Shown here: positions 38,413 through 52,744 of the stretch, one piece after another
How positions within the stretch are numbered: position 1 is the first letter of the stretch
Layout: each line of letters begins with the position of its first letter
The notes under the pieces: generated by a model
Told to the model about the DNA's origin: nothing
What the model saw: only the letters and a program-made list of their open reading frames with translations
The model's database searches: none
Translations under genes and position numbers: made by a program
NCBI RefSeq assembly: GCF_018977255.1
Contig: NW_024704742.1
Coordinates: forward strand, 56,050,001 to 56,114,000
DNA length: 64,000 nt
DNA from: Callorhinchus milii
Lineage: Eukaryota
Reading direction: 5' to 3'

Positions 38413-40917
38413 AAATTCTGGGCAGAATCTATCCTGCGAAATAGCACGTCTGAGAATCAAAGAGGCACACCAGACATTGATTATGATGGTTGGTTGTCTG
38501 GTTAAACTAGACAGAAGTTAAAACCTTCCTTTTTCCCTGTTTAGTAAGTGGTCTCTGCTCTCTCTCTCCCTCCTTGCTCTCTCTTTCCATACTGTTTAAT
38601 AATAACATGGCTCAATCTGTGAAGAACATCCAAAGCAGTTTTGCAAAACATTTACGAAAAGAAGGTCCTCTGAGGGACGTTTCCTTGTGTCTGATATGAA
38701 AGATTGTCAACGACACAAAAGTGAACCCAAAAGAGTAGGATATGTATAATCTTGAATCATTTATTATAATGAATGTTAGATTGATTATTCCATGAATGTT
38801 TGGCGTTAATGCCGGTAGCAATGAACAATATGAAAAATGAGCAAAATCAGAATGTTGGAAGCCCTCAAAATCTAACAGTATAGGTGGGTGCCTCATAAGT
38901 TTTGCTCTGGGGCCCTAGGTTTTCATATTTTCTATGAATGACATGAATATAGGAATAAAAGGGCTATTACTTCGGCTGTGCATCTTTACTGACTACTACT
39001 TGTTTGAACCCACTTTTGTTCATCTTTCCCCTTCCGCACCTCCGTCAGCTCGGGTGTCAAGCCAGGATTGTTAAGCAGTTTAGGACGTCCTCTCTGTTTG
39101 AAAGGCTCCTCTTCCAAGTTTTCAGGTTACACTGATCCAGGTAGTATAATGAATGGTGAAAAGAGCAGGAAACTGCAAAAGAACATAGACAGTAGATTAA
39201 AAATAAAATAATGGCAGAAGCAATTCAATGTGGCAAAGTATAACTGGGTAATTATGAGCAAATAAAATTGGCAGTCTTGTTTGCCAACATAATACACAGT
39301 TCTCCACTTTACAGTATATTCTGTGACATGCTTTGAGACAAGCTCCCGGTGTGAAAGGTTCTGTATCCAATCTAAGAATTATTATTACTGATCAACACTT
39401 GTTCTACAAAACCTCACATGTACAATCTCAACATCTTGTTTTGACTGTAGTAAAACACTTGAAATTCCCAGCTTAAAAATGCTTCTCTTTTGACAAATTT
39501 GTCATTTGCTAGGAGATTGGGTAGTGGAATTGATCAACGCTTTGTCTTTCCACTTATAAGACCTAGTTTCGAATGCCATCCAAATCTCACAGGTCAAAGG
39601 CTAAAAGTCTCCTCTTTGTTAAGGTCCTAAGAAAATGAGTTTTGAACCATTTCAGACCAATTTGAAATAGGTGCAGGATTACATTACCAAGTAATTGATA
39701 CTAAATGCTGTGAGGCATCCTCCCTATGTGCAAGGTCCCATATACATGTAAATTGTATTATACTAAACTGACAACATGTCTTCCAGGTGCTCAACGCTGA
39801 CATAAAGTAGTAAATAATTATTTTCCCTGGCAGAACATTGATAAGAATACAAAATGAGCCAAAATTATAAATAAAGAATAAAATTGAGCATAGTTTCTAT
39901 TTTCTGTTAAGTTTCACAATTTTATATTTTCAGATAAGGTTATGAGAGAAAATAGAAAGCTAGGCTTTTTTTTACAATTCCTGCTGCCTGTATTAGATTT
40001 CATTATGAATAAATGTTCTCTACATGCAAAAATATGGGAAAATACGATGATGAAGAATGATATTTTGGGCGTAAACTTATTTATTCTTTCCCCAAGTCTC
40101 ACCAGATCATTGCAAGTTCCTGCAATGTTCCAGTTTACAGAGACCATTGAGCAGAGAGAGCCATGGTTTATACTTTGACATTGAGCTATGGAAAAGCTAA
40201 TTGAAGATATTTTGGTCAAATTATTTTACAACTGTATTCTAAATTAATAATATTTGGATTATGATAAAATATCAGCTGAAGGACGACACTTTTGACAACG
40301 CAGTGCTTCTCTAGCCCTGCATTAGTGTCAACTCAGACTGGGAATTCAAAGTCCAAGTATGAGGTTGGAACCCAGAACATTATGACTCAGAGGTAAGAGT
40401 GTAACCAACTGAACCAGAATGATATGTACTGTAGTTAATTCTGATTTATTTTAGAGTTCAGATAGGCCTTAATCATCAGAGAAGGAGCTTCTATTTATCA
40501 CTTTTTGTAGCCTGAACAATTAAACTTTCTATGCTTATCTACTTTTTTCCAGCAGCAGAGTTTTTTGCACAAGACTCACACAATAATTTCCACGAATTGG
40601 AAGTGCATGTTTATCTTGGTGCATTTAGCAGAGGTCTCAGCACTGAGCAAATCCCAGGAGCAAAGTATTCAATTGCAAGACAGCCACATTCCTCAAGAGT
40701 CACCTCATAGCAAAATCATCACCTTAAAAGTAAAACATGAGGCAGAACAGATGTCATTTCTAGTTTTACAATTACTGTTCTCTGCTGCGCTTTATGCTGA
40801 AGTGTCAGCTGAAAGTCTTTCATTTTGTTCAGTTATTATTAAAGTCACTGAGCTCCAACTCCTATTATGTTTTGGCATGTCACCGATCAGACATTAGGTG
40901 CTGGCATGTTGCCAATC

Positions 40918-41504
40918 AGACTGCTGTGCGCAATTGGCTGCCGTGTTTTGCCCACAAATATACAGTCAATTCACTCTACAGTATATTCTGTGAAGCAGTT
41001 TGGGATGTCTAGAAAATGTCTTGAAAAGCGCTATATCAAATGCAAGAATTATTATATTATTATGGTTGCAAGAGGTGACCACATAGCAGGAAGGACAGCT
41101 ATTGTCTGTACAACAGAAAATAGATGGAGCGGAGCTCCAGCCAAAAAGGTAAGCTTTCAAAATGATGAGCTGACTATCTTGTTAGTTCTGTAGCTCAGTG
41201 GTTAGAGCACTCACCTTGCGAGCGAGACACCTGGGTTCAATTCCAGGCAGGGCGAAACCTTAGGCAAGTTTCCTTACTCCACACGCCTAATAATAATCCC
41301 TCCAAAACAAAACAATAATAAATTGGTCATTTTCAATCCACAACTGGTTGTGGGACACTGCTGTGCACAACTGGCTGCCGCGTTTCGCCCACAAATATAT
41401 GGTCAATTCACGTTACAGCATATTCTGTAAAGCGCCTTGGGACGTCTAGAAGACATGAAAAGCGCTATATCAAATGCAAGGATTATTATTATAAGGATTA
41501 TTAT
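40918..41504 (+). mobile_element. SINE A 3' fragment (40918-41062) and full-length SINE A (41184-41504)
   Basis: TGTAGCTCAGTGGTTAGAGCACTC...GGGTTCAATTCC head; (TTA)n tails. Confidence 0.85.
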
Positions 41505-43559
41505 TCAAAGCTATACATGTCTATAGTTCTATGATTCTAATAATAATCCAAAGCACCAATTTTAATGCATGTCATTGAACTGCCCACATTATGTGAAACC
41601 AGCATATTTTGCACAGTGAATTCTGTATTCGTCCAGATGTAGATGTAAAGCAAACAGGAAGTCTCATTCAAATGTAGGCAGTATGGCTGCTATTGCTTGT
41701 TATCTGTAAGGGGATTATTGAGGAATGTACTTTTCTTGGAGGACCTCACAAGCAGGCAGACATAAGTCCTGTTTGTTACTCTACCCTTTGATGATTGAAT
41801 TATTCTTTGCCGCACATCCAAGAAATAATACTAGATTTGAATGTTCAATGTCCACAAGCCTCTTTAAATAATTTTTTTCCATGAATCTGTGCTTTGTTCA
41901 CACTGTGCTCTGTGAAGTATTGTATCATGTTTGTGAAGCATAAGATTTGAGAAAATAAATAGGATGGAAAATCTGTTTGTTATCAGAAACTAAAATGATA
42001 ACCTTGGGATTCATTGATCCAATGAACGTACTTGTGGAAAATGGAGGATCAGAAGTAAACATAGTCTGAACCTAGTTTCTTTGCCCATTGAGGTACATGG
42101 CTTAAAAAACAAAGAAATACGACAACAACTTGCACTTATATAGTGTCCTTCACGCAGGGTAGTGTCTCAGAGCTCTTAACAGAGGTGGAGCCTGACTGGG
42201 AGCCCAGGATCGGCAAGAGGTGGCCGTAAGCACTGTCGAACAGAAATAAACTTTCCACAACCAACTATGAATAATTCAGACATTTTGAAATAAAATTCAA
42301 CAGGCTGAATTAATCATAAACTGAAACTCAGTCATTCATTGCACCTGAGAGAAGATGATATGCTATTTTCATATAGCATTTTAAATGCCACTCTTCAACA
42401 ACAACAAATTGCATTTGTATCGCATCTTTCACATCGGGAGACCGTTCCAAGATATTAGACAGTCAGGATTTGGATCCGAGCAGGGGGTTGGGATCAGGAG
42501 GTGTGAAAGACAGGTTTTTGTTTGAGAAGATTTTATTCTCATCATTTACCAACCGGCCTAATGGTTCTCAATAAACCCATTAGAGTATTCAGTCATTGCC
42601 TCTTCTCCATATTTGACACTGGGCTATTGCCCTTCATAATAATCCTTGCATTTGATATAGCGCCTTATCACATTGTCAAGATGTTTCAAAGCTGTTTACA
42701 GGATATGTCGTAAAGTGCAGTGACTATGTATTGTAACAACAACAACAAGATTCCATTTATAAAGCGCCTTTCACGTCAGGAGGACGTAAGGGTGAATGCG
42801 GCAACCATTTTGCGCACAACAATGTCCCACAAACAACCACTGAGTGAATGATTTGGATGGGGTTTATTGGCAAGAAAACCAGGAGAAATTCCCTTTTTTT
42901 TTGAATGGTGCCATGAGATCTTTAACATCCACCTGGACAGGCAGATGGGACCTTGGTTTAATTTCTCATCCATAGGACAGCACCTCCAACAATGCAGCAC
43001 ACTCTCAGCATCTCAGTGGAGTGTTATCATGGATAATATGGGTTCCAAGTGCTGATGTGGGGCTTGAACCCATAACGTTCTGACTCAGAGGGGACAGTGC
43101 TACCAACTGAACCAAGGTGACACAGCATAAACTCAGGCAGTATAAACAATGGGATCATTGTGGAGGTATTGATCATTTCAGTTTTATCAAAGCCTATAAC
43201 TTCTAATCACATTCCCATCCAAATACTTATCCAACATCTTTCTGAACAAATTAATCTAACAAGTATTAGCTTTGGCTTCGAGTCTGTAGCACACACATTC
43301 TTTGTATGTGGAGCTATTTTCTTCTTATCTCTGGTCTCACTTGAGCTTCAACTTCAAACCAATGTCCTCCAGTTCCTTAAACACCATCAAATATTCTCCT
43401 TTTAGCAATATTCTGGCCTCATGATTCAATTGCAAAAATCTGATACAGAGGAAAACAATATCTTTTGGCTCCCATTTATTTTCTAAAGTTATCAAAGTTA
43501 TCTTGATATTTTATTTTTATTCGTGCCTTCTGGATGTCAGATCTGCTACTGCCTGAACT

Positions 43560-44200
43560 CAAATAAGGTCTCTGTCCTTACGGTACCCTCCCGATTACCC
43601 TAAAAAATCTGTTTTAAAAATGGCTCCTGTGTATTACTGTCTATTCAACTTCTAATCCTATTCATCTTTCCTTTTTCTTGGAAATATGCTTAAGCTTATC
43701 CTACTCTAAAGAAAGTAATCTACTCTTCTCTTCAAACTATACACTCTGTTGCCGTTACTTCTGTGTTTTCTAAAGTTAAAAAGCTGGGTCAAGTCTTAAA
43801 TCATACATCACATTGTAAGTTCTGATTTAACCCATGATCGCCAGAATAGTATTCATTATAGTCATTCCACTGCTGAGCTTGCCGGTGTTACAAACCTTGT
43901 AAATCCTCTTCTTGAGATCTTTGTGACTCTTTTATCATTGTCTTTTGACAAGCTCTGGCGCTGAATGCTTCAAAACAATTTACTGTCTTATGGCTCTCCG
44001 CCAAAACATAGTTTACTGCTATTTTGTTTTCGCTTCAATCTGCAATTGATGTTTCATCCTCTGATTCTTTTCCCATCAACTCCAAGGTTATTTGGGAGCC
44101 CTGTTCTCTCTCCATAGGGTTGAATAATGATTTTATTTGTTCATTATTCAACATTATCCAGTCTTTTGCTGATGATCCCGTTCTAAGTTATTAACACAGG
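43560..44200 (+). mobile_element. Heavily decayed non-LTR retrotransposon RT fragment
   Basis: Remnants in correct order of NYRPI-, QxGFR-, AFDKxW-, PQGSVL- and FADD-like motifs with many frameshifts. Confidence 0.5.
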
Positions 44201-46060
44201 ATTTTAATCAGTATTGAAAAGGTATACTCTGAAAAATACTTTTGGATGTGCCAATGCAGCAGAACAAGAGAGATCAGTTTGGGGGCAGGGGCAATTTTGG
44301 GACAGACTCCAGGAAATATTTCTGAACCTAGATTGTAATTAACAACTAGAACAGGATACCAGGAAGAGTGGTTGAATCAGAATACTGAACTCAATAAGAA
44401 AAAGCAGCTTGATGCTGTAATGGAAGGCTAGTTAGGTGGGTATTCTGGAAGGATGATATCAAATAAACTGACAGGACATCTTCATCTGAACCTTTCTTGT
44501 GAGCTTCTGAACATCTTTCAAATTGCATGCCCTTAGTAAACATAATTCTCTTGCTGTGCAATGATTGAATTTCCTTCACGCCGCTCAATGGAACAATGGG
44601 ACAGAGTAATAGTATTTTTTTCATTTCACAGAGACAATTTCTTTGTTCTTTTGCACAATTGATATTATCTCTTAATCTTCACCTCTTCACTGCTAATTAT
44701 TTTATATCAATATCCCATGCTTATTATCTTATCTGAGACCTTAGCTGAGACCTGAAATTCCATCTCCTCTTAGCCTGTAAGACCATTTCAACAGTAACAT
44801 AAACAGCACCCTTCACGTGACGTAGTGTCTCAGAACTCTTAACAGTGGTGGAGAAGGGGGAATTTCATCTTGAGTTTTAAAATCACGTAGATTTGTGAAA
44901 AATTCTTAACTTCAGCTTGAAGTTTGAAGCCAATTTTCCATAGTCCTTAAAAAGAGAGCGGCTTCCAAATTAAGACTGGATTTAAGAATCTTCCATAGTT
45001 ATGCATTACCTTAAATTTTAAGGGAAAATGGTCCTATAGACTACAGCTTGGTGAAATGTTGGGCCTTTAATCACAACTGGAATTCTAACACCTCTATTAC
45101 TGAAACAATTTCTTCATTCTTTTGCACAGCTAACCAATTTATATTATCTTTTAATTTTGATGACTCCATTCCTAATTATTTTATATCAATGTCCCTAAAA
45201 CTCTTCCTCCTCTCTAAATCTCCATCATGCTGAAATTGCCTACAAACACACAGTTACTAAACTTCATAGTAATGTTGTGCTTTGGGAAATCCCACCAATG
45301 TGATAAAGAACTCTAATCTATCAAATCCAAGGATTATTATATATTATAATTTAAAACACATTACTTTGTTATTCAAACTCATCTTAAATTAGATTTAATA
45401 TAATGACTTCATGTTAGGGGGATGTCTCAAAGTGGTTCACAGGATTTACACTGAAGTATAGTCACTATGTATTTTGAAGGCGAATGCAGAAGCCAATCAT
45501 GTGGATAGCAATGGCCCACAAATTGAATGACCATGGAAGGTAGAGTTTCTAAGAAGGTCATAAATGGAGCAGAATTGATGAGAAAGCAATAGGAGTAAAG
45601 CAGATCAAATGTTAAATAAAGAATCATATCAGGCTTGAGACAGAGCAGCAGGATGTATATTCTTCATATCCTTTTCCTGCTCTTTACTGAGTGGTGACAT
45701 GAGGAAGTGAGGAGAGCGATCTCATACCGGTGTTTAACCTTTAAGCTTAACAGGCGATTTTAAAATTAACCCCAAAACTCCCAGCAGAAGATCGCAGGTT
45801 TGCGAGTGTCACCGAGTGTTTTGTGAGAAAAGAGGGATCTTCAAAATGATGTGTCAGTACTCCCTGCACCCAAATTGGTGAAGTCTAAGCCCTTGTGGAA
45901 CCAGGAAGGTGGTGACAACAGGATTTAAGTGAAGTCGGACTGAAAACCGGTATTACAAAACGGTCTGATGCAGAACTGAATTTATTGTTTATAAAATATG
46001 GTAAAACTCGCATAAAACCAACGGTGGTCGGGCATAAGTCGCCTAAGTCGTACATCTGAA

Positions 46061-46444
46061 GTTCTGTAGTGCAGTGGTTAGAGCACTCGCTTACAACCGA
46101 GAGGACACAGGTTTGATTCCCAGGCAGGGCGACATATTGTGCAAGTTTCCTTACTCCACACACCTGTTTACCTAGCAGTAAGTAGGAATTGTTAGTCAAT
46201 TAACGGATTGATTTTCCCGGCTAATAATCCCTCCAAACAATAAATAAATAAAAATAAATAGTTATAATTTGGTCACCCAATCTATGACTGATTATGGGAC
46301 ACTGTTGGGCGCAATTGGCTGCCACATTTTGCCCACAAAATAGAGTCACTCCACTTTACAGTATAGTCTGTGAAGCGCTTTGACATATCTTTAAGATGTG
46401 GGCGTTATATCAAATGCAAGGATTATTATTGTTATTATTATTAT
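46061..46444 (+). mobile_element. SINE family A, full length (longer variant)
   Basis: tRNA head, CTGTTTACCTAGCAGTAAGTAGG insert, body, tail. Confidence 0.85.
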
Positions 46445-47559
46445 GATGGATTTAAATCAAATGAGTCACAGCAAATTTGAGGCATTCTGTATTTACACAA
46501 TCTTCCATCACTTTAGAACAAGTGGTGCTGCAAAGTTGACTTGATCATATCAAGTCATTCAAAATTTAATCCAAATCGAGCTTCCCTCAAGCACTTGCAA
46601 TATTTACACATTCAATCCACTTAATATTACATTCTGTGAAGCGCTTTGAGACATCCAGAAGACCGTGATAAGGTTTTATATCAAATTATTATTTGATTAT
46701 GATTATTTATAATTTTGCTGTCATTGAAGTCTGTGGTGTTTCACAAATTCTGCTTCATTGCACAAAAAAGGAAGCTGGTTGTTCAATGCATTTTTACAAT
46801 CTCCAAATGTATACTTCATCCTCTTACAGTAAATTTGTGAATAACTGTCCCGTCACTGCAGCTTGTATTGCGCAGCAGCACCTGAGAGGGTTCATTGTTA
46901 ATTAATAAGCACTTTTTTAGTGCCTCTGCCAATGCTAACAGAATTTTCTTGGGAATGGAGCTAGCCCATTCTATCTGTCTGTATGGACTCCAACTTTCGA
47001 ATCAGGACTCTTCTGTAGATTAATTCCTTCAATTCCTGCAACAGTCAGATAAACTGTCATTGTCAGACACCATATTCAGCCACAACAGAATTAATTAGCA
47101 TCTTGAAGTCCAGCTCTGCAGCCGAGACTGGTGCACAGAGTCTGGGTCAATAGCAATCAGCACTAAATGTAGGTCACGTCTGCTGGGAGTCTGCAAATCT
47201 CTGCAGAATGAATTTCCATTAAGTGGACATTGATGGTTTTCTTATCCTCTCTGAAAAACTTTTCTCTTCTTGTCTACATCTAAAAGATAAAAAGAGATGG
47301 ATCAAGCATTACTCCAGTTGCACTGCTGAGGTAGAATCTTGTTAACCGCCACCTCTCTTCTCAACTGGTTGGTACTGATTCAGTTGCATGTTTGTGTTTA
47401 AGGGAACTGAGTTGATGTCAGCTTGTTTCTGCTGTGGTTTCAAACCCCATGTTAAGACTTGAGCTCATAGGACAGGTAACACTCTGGTGTAGGATTTGGA
47501 GGTAATGCATTTAAAAGCAAGAAGTCATACCTCTTGAAACGACTGGAATTCTTTCAATG

Positions 47560-47960
47560 AGCAGCAGAACAGAGTGGACAGAAATTACTTGGGTTATTAG
47601 AAGGCATTCAATAGCATTTATTCCACATGTGACACTTGTAAACATCTTTAATATTCAGGGAATGAATAACAAATTAGCTGGTTGGATTGAAAACTAGTTT
47701 TACAATAGGAGACAGTAATTAATGGAAAATGAAAAATGGTCCATCTGCGACTAGTGACAACTAGTGACAAACAGTCTTTTCTCAATTCTCTATCGTATAT
47801 ATCATTCGGTTTGGAGGAAAACTGTTCTTGTAATATTTTAATTTTAAAATTTACTGGTGATACAAAGCAATTTGGACAAGTGAAAACTATAAGGAGGATA
47901 AGTAGTATTCAAGAATATCTGGACAATTAAGTAGATGTACCAAGGAGGAGTAGATAGATT
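47560..47960 (+). mobile_element. Decayed CR1-like RT fragment
   Basis: KAF.., WIEN.., KFTGDTK (cf. KFADDTK), IQEYLD (cf. LQxDLD) remnants. Confidence 0.5.
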
Positions 47961-48236
47961 TTATGGAGTTAAATGGAATAACATATGATGTAATCAGAGA
48001 GTAAATGCCCACAATTGCAGCCACTGCTCTTCACAGACCTTTGAGTCATACTTTGAGATGTTCAGGAAGAAGTAAGCATCTTTACAAACTCAAGGATTAA
48101 TATGATGATCATTAAATGCTGAATGGGTGTCCATTGGGTGGAGTTGGAAAAAGAAGTGAGTTGGCATTTTTGTTTTGACTAATAATTTTTGTTTTTGTTT
48201 TGACTAATAATTTGGCTGCAATTATAGATCATTCAT

Positions 48237-48498
48237 TGATTCCAGGCAGGGCAAAACCTTGGGCAAGTTTCCTTACTCCACACGCCTAATAATAATCCCT
48301 CCAAAAAAAACAATAATAAATTGGTCATTTTCAATCTACGACTGTTTGTGGGACATTGCTGTGTGCAATTGGCTGCCGCGTTCGCCCACAAATATACAGT
48401 CAATTCACTTTACAGTGTGTTCTGTGAAGCGCTTTGGGACGTCCTCCCGACGTGAAAAGCGCTATATCAAATGCAAGGATTATTATTATTATTATTAT
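48237..48498 (+). mobile_element. SINE family A, 5'-truncated
   Basis: Body matches family A; tail carries the L2-type GGGACGTCCTCCCGACGTG core. Confidence 0.85.
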
Positions 48499-50304
48499 GA
48501 TTTCCAATCCACGAAAACTTTTATAAACAAGGCAAATTAAAATCTAGGTTCCAGAGAGAGCATTTGACTGTAGGTCAAATTATTCTATGTCATCCTAATG
48601 CTTTAGAACTTTGGGGATTCTACATTCAAAATGAATTGAAAAATTGGAAAATATTCCACGAAGAGAAATAGATCCGTGAAGGACAATTTCAGGACAATTC
48701 ATCAACGGTTAGATTTTGCACTGTCTGTGAAAAAGTATTATTGTTTGGCTGAACAGCCTTGTCTCATTCCATGATTTATTTTTATTTTTACCTATTTTCT
48801 TCCCTCCTCTCCTGATGGCATTTAACTAACTTTTTTTCTCCTGTGATACAAATCCTCGTATGTCAGTCATCCTCTGATAACTTCTTCAAATGGTCATTAT
48901 TCATATGTGAAAAGCATTACAGATTGGCTTGATTCTGTCTTCATATGAGCCTTTAGGAGAATGTTTCAGGCTTTGTTATGATCTTATTGATCATTATCAT
49001 TAAGCACAATAGTCTCTAAAATACCCAAACAAAGAATCTTGCTCTAACAAACTTAATGGTTTTTCACCACATCTTAGCACTCTCACATTTGAAACATCTG
49101 ACGATCAAGGGTTGTTCAGTGCTTCAAGACACTACTCCAGGTGAACAACACTTGAAGTGAATTTGTAGCAAACAGAAATGAAGGAAGTGCCTGCAGGGAG
49201 GAAACTTTTTAAATTAGAACTCCTGCTGCATACCTGAAAATATACATTAAAAGTGTTTCTAACCAGCTCAGCTCTGAAACTAGGGAGCGCAACAAAAGGG
49301 AAAATTTTGAAGCTTTGCCATCACATTGAGAGACGTGAATATACAGAATGTTCTGCACAGAGTGTTCATGGGATTAGCTGTGCCAGCACTGAAATGAGAG
49401 CAGCCTCCTGGACTGTGAGCTCAAATTCTGAGATGAGGGTTGAACCCACAACCTTCGCATTCAGAGGTAAGTGTATGAGACAGGTTGTAGATAGATATTT
49501 GCAAAAGAGGCATATTAAAAAGCTTGGGGAGTGAGTGCGAGATTGGAAATAGGTAGGGAGCGAGAAATGGTGCAGGCACTGATGATTTGAATGACCTGTT
49601 TTTTGTGCCACAATATTCCATGACATTATGGCTATAGGTTAGCATTTTGGGTGCAGTGCTTCACCAGAACTGAGTTTTGAGTTGAGTGTCTTGAAGAATG
49701 GCAGACAAAGCATTAATCCACGTTTCTCCTTCAGATGATGACTGACCTGATTTGCTCTGTATTGCCAGCACCTCCATTTCTGTGACATGGTTTTGCATGC
49801 TCAAGCCACAAGTTGCTCTTAGTAAGCAGGAGCCAGTTTGAACACATTGGAAGTAACAGTGTGTGAGTTTGCTGTAATTACAGATTGAGATGGAATGGAA
49901 TTGAACTGTGAGAGGGTCAGGAGTTTCCCATGGCTGCCACCGGGGTGAGAATTCTAAAACGGTCACTCATTGCAACAGGAATTCCTGATGACAATATTCC
50001 CTTTTGATTGTCAAAGAGTGGAGAGATTTACCATTCCCTTCCAGGTTTGAGTCAACTGTTGAACTCCATTAATGAAAAAGATGAGTAGAGATTCAAACGA
50101 GTGCTCTGATGTTTAATGTCAGGTATCCACCCCTCACCCTCTATATAAAAAGCAAAAAAACTGAAAATAACACATTTGTATTCTTGGACCAAACTAAAAG
50201 AGGAGGTTTGTCTACAAATTGATACAGCTCACTATGAGAGAGATACAAATGGTGGGAGCAATTTTCTGATTTTCTGCAAACTTCAACTGACAATTCTTTC
50301 TGCA

Positions 50305-51274
50305 ACTGTATAGGGCCTTGGTGAGTCAGCACCTAGAATATTGTGTGCAGTTTTGGTCTCCTTATTGAAGAAAGGACACACTCGCCTTAGAGGGGGTGTA
50401 GCTTAGATTCACTACGTTAGTTCCTGGGATGAGGGTTTTGACCTATGAGGATAGGTTGAGTAAACTAGGCCTATATTCTCTAGAATATAGAAGAATTAGG
50501 GGTGATCTTACAGAAACATATAAGATTCTTATGGGGTTTGACAGAGTAGACAGTGTGAGACTGTTTCCCCTCGTAGGAGAATCTATAACTTGAATATTCG
50601 AACAGAATTGAGGAAACACTTCTTCACTCAGAGGGTAACAACAACAACAACAAAGAGGATTTATATAATGCCTTCCACGCCGGACGGCGTCTCAGAGCAC
50701 TTTACAGTAACAGATCCCGGGGCCGAGCCACGGGGAGGGAGAGGAAGGTGACCAAAGGCGCGGTCGATAAGAAAGGTCTTCAGCAGAGACCTGAAAATGC
50801 GATGGGAGGGAGAAAGATGAAGGGAGTGAGGAAGGCAGTTCCAGAGCCTCGGGGCATAGTGGCTGAAGGCACGGGTGCTGTTTTGAGGAGAGAAAAGGTC
50901 AGAGAGGTAGGGGGGTGCAGAGGAGTGCAGGGACTTGAATACAAGGGTGAGGATCTTGAAATCGATCCTCTCTGGGACAGGCAGTCAGTGCAGTCTGGCA
51001 AGGACTGGGGTGATCGGGGAACGGAGTTTCGTGCGGGTGAGAATGCGAATTCAAGGGTAGTGAATTTATGGAATTCTCTACCCCAGAAGGCTGTAGATGA
51101 TCATGTTCAAGACTAAGATTGATAGATTTCTAAAGGATAGAGGGATTAAGGGATATGGGGATAAGGCGGGCAGATGGAGTTAGGTTAGAAAATCAGCCAT
51201 GATCTTATTGAATGGCGGGGCAGGCTCGAGGGGCCGAATGGCCTACTCCTGCTCCTAATTCCTATGTTCCTATG
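50305..51274 (+). mobile_element. CR1 LINE 3' fragment interrupted by an antisense L2 (50638-51053)
   Basis: YRALV..HLEYCVQFWSP, RGDL, FFTQR|VVNLWNSLP; 3' end GGCCTACTCCTGCTCC...(TTCCTATG)2. Confidence 0.85.
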
Positions 51275-52419
51275 ACAGTTGGAATAATCAGATTTAAGTA
51301 TATTTTTAAGCAGCCTCAAAAGAATTTCATTTACCCAAAGTATCCTTCTCCCTGATCTCATCTGTTGAGCCCACTTTAATGATTGCTTATTCACTGGTAG
51401 CTTCAAAGATCACATCAATACAGAAATAATGATTTGCAAGTAATTATCCTAGTGTTGGGTGAGTAGGAACAACAATATAACTTATACATTTGCATGTAAT
51501 AAATACTCAATAAATATATTTTAAGTACCAAATGTATTTTCAGCACTTTTATTTCAGTGACATGATCTCTGCTCTGTAATTACTGTCATGTCACGTATGA
51601 TAAATTTTCTAGAACCACTTTGTACAAACCATGAATAAGCACTCAGAAATCAATCTATCTTTGCCTTCCCTTTCAGCTGCACTTGTTTGTGAAGTTCACC
51701 TGTTGGATATTCTTCTAGCGGATACATTCATTTTTTTTCTAGTCTTGATTAATCCTGCCTCATTACTTGAATACAGGGCAACTACCAGAATAATTACATT
51801 TAAATTACTTTTTTTACATAACCATTGATATGAATGGAATTGGGGCCACAGTTCTGCTTTAATAGAAACTTGTGCATTGTATTCCTGTGTTAATACTCCA
51901 TCATAATTTTACAAGGTCTCCTGCGTTAATTAGTGTGTCAAAAACCTTTCAAAATGTTTTTAATTATTTCACATAAAATGCAAATAGCTGTTAATTGTCC
52001 TCTTTGCTCCCTTCTGAAGAACACACTTATAACTCATAAGATATCCAGTCTTTTGAAGTTTAACTCTTCAGATGTCAGGTGAGGTACATGAAAGGAACTA
52101 AATTTCCATTTGAAGGAGTTTGTCAGGCATTTCTTGCTTGTTTATCACACTCAACACAATGATCCTTTTTTTTGAGTCAGCTGAATGCCTGACTCATGTA
52201 GAAACCCATCACTATGCTTAAGATTATCCAAACTAAACTGAGAGTTCCACACATGCCCACCTACACGTGGAGATTTTCCCTGTGTCGGAAATGGAGAGTG
52301 TATTTTCATCCGGAGGAATCCACAGTTTACCAAATTACAGAGAACATTATCGACACAGGGGTTGATAAGATCTTGGGAACAAGTCTTGGAGACCCAGAAT
52401 GTGTATTACTGCTGGATTT

Positions 52420-52744
52420 AATAATAATAAAATAATAATAATCCTTGCATTTGATATAGCGCTTTTCACGTCTTCTAGACATCTCAAAGCGCTTCACAGA
52501 ATATACTGTAAAGTGAATTGACTGTATATTTGTGGGCGAACACGGTAGCCAATTGTGCACAGCAGTGTCCCACAAACGCTCGTGGATTGAAAATAACCAA
52601 TATATTATTGTTTTGTTTTGGAGGGATTATTATTAGGAGTGTGGAGTAAGGAAACTTGCCCAAGGTTTCGCCCTGTGCCTGGAATTGAACTCAGGTCTCT
52701 CGCTTGCAAGGCGAGTGCTCTAACCACTGAGCTACAGGACTCCA
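52420..52744 (-). mobile_element. SINE family A, full length
   Basis: Antisense copy close to the in-window consensus, ending ...CTAACCACTGAGCTACAGGACTCC. Confidence 0.9.

Noticed and set aside
41184..41255. tRNA gene (also near 20303, 46061, 52670-52744)
   Set aside because: A/B boxes run straight into the SINE body with no proper acceptor stem or oligo-T terminator; these are SINE heads.
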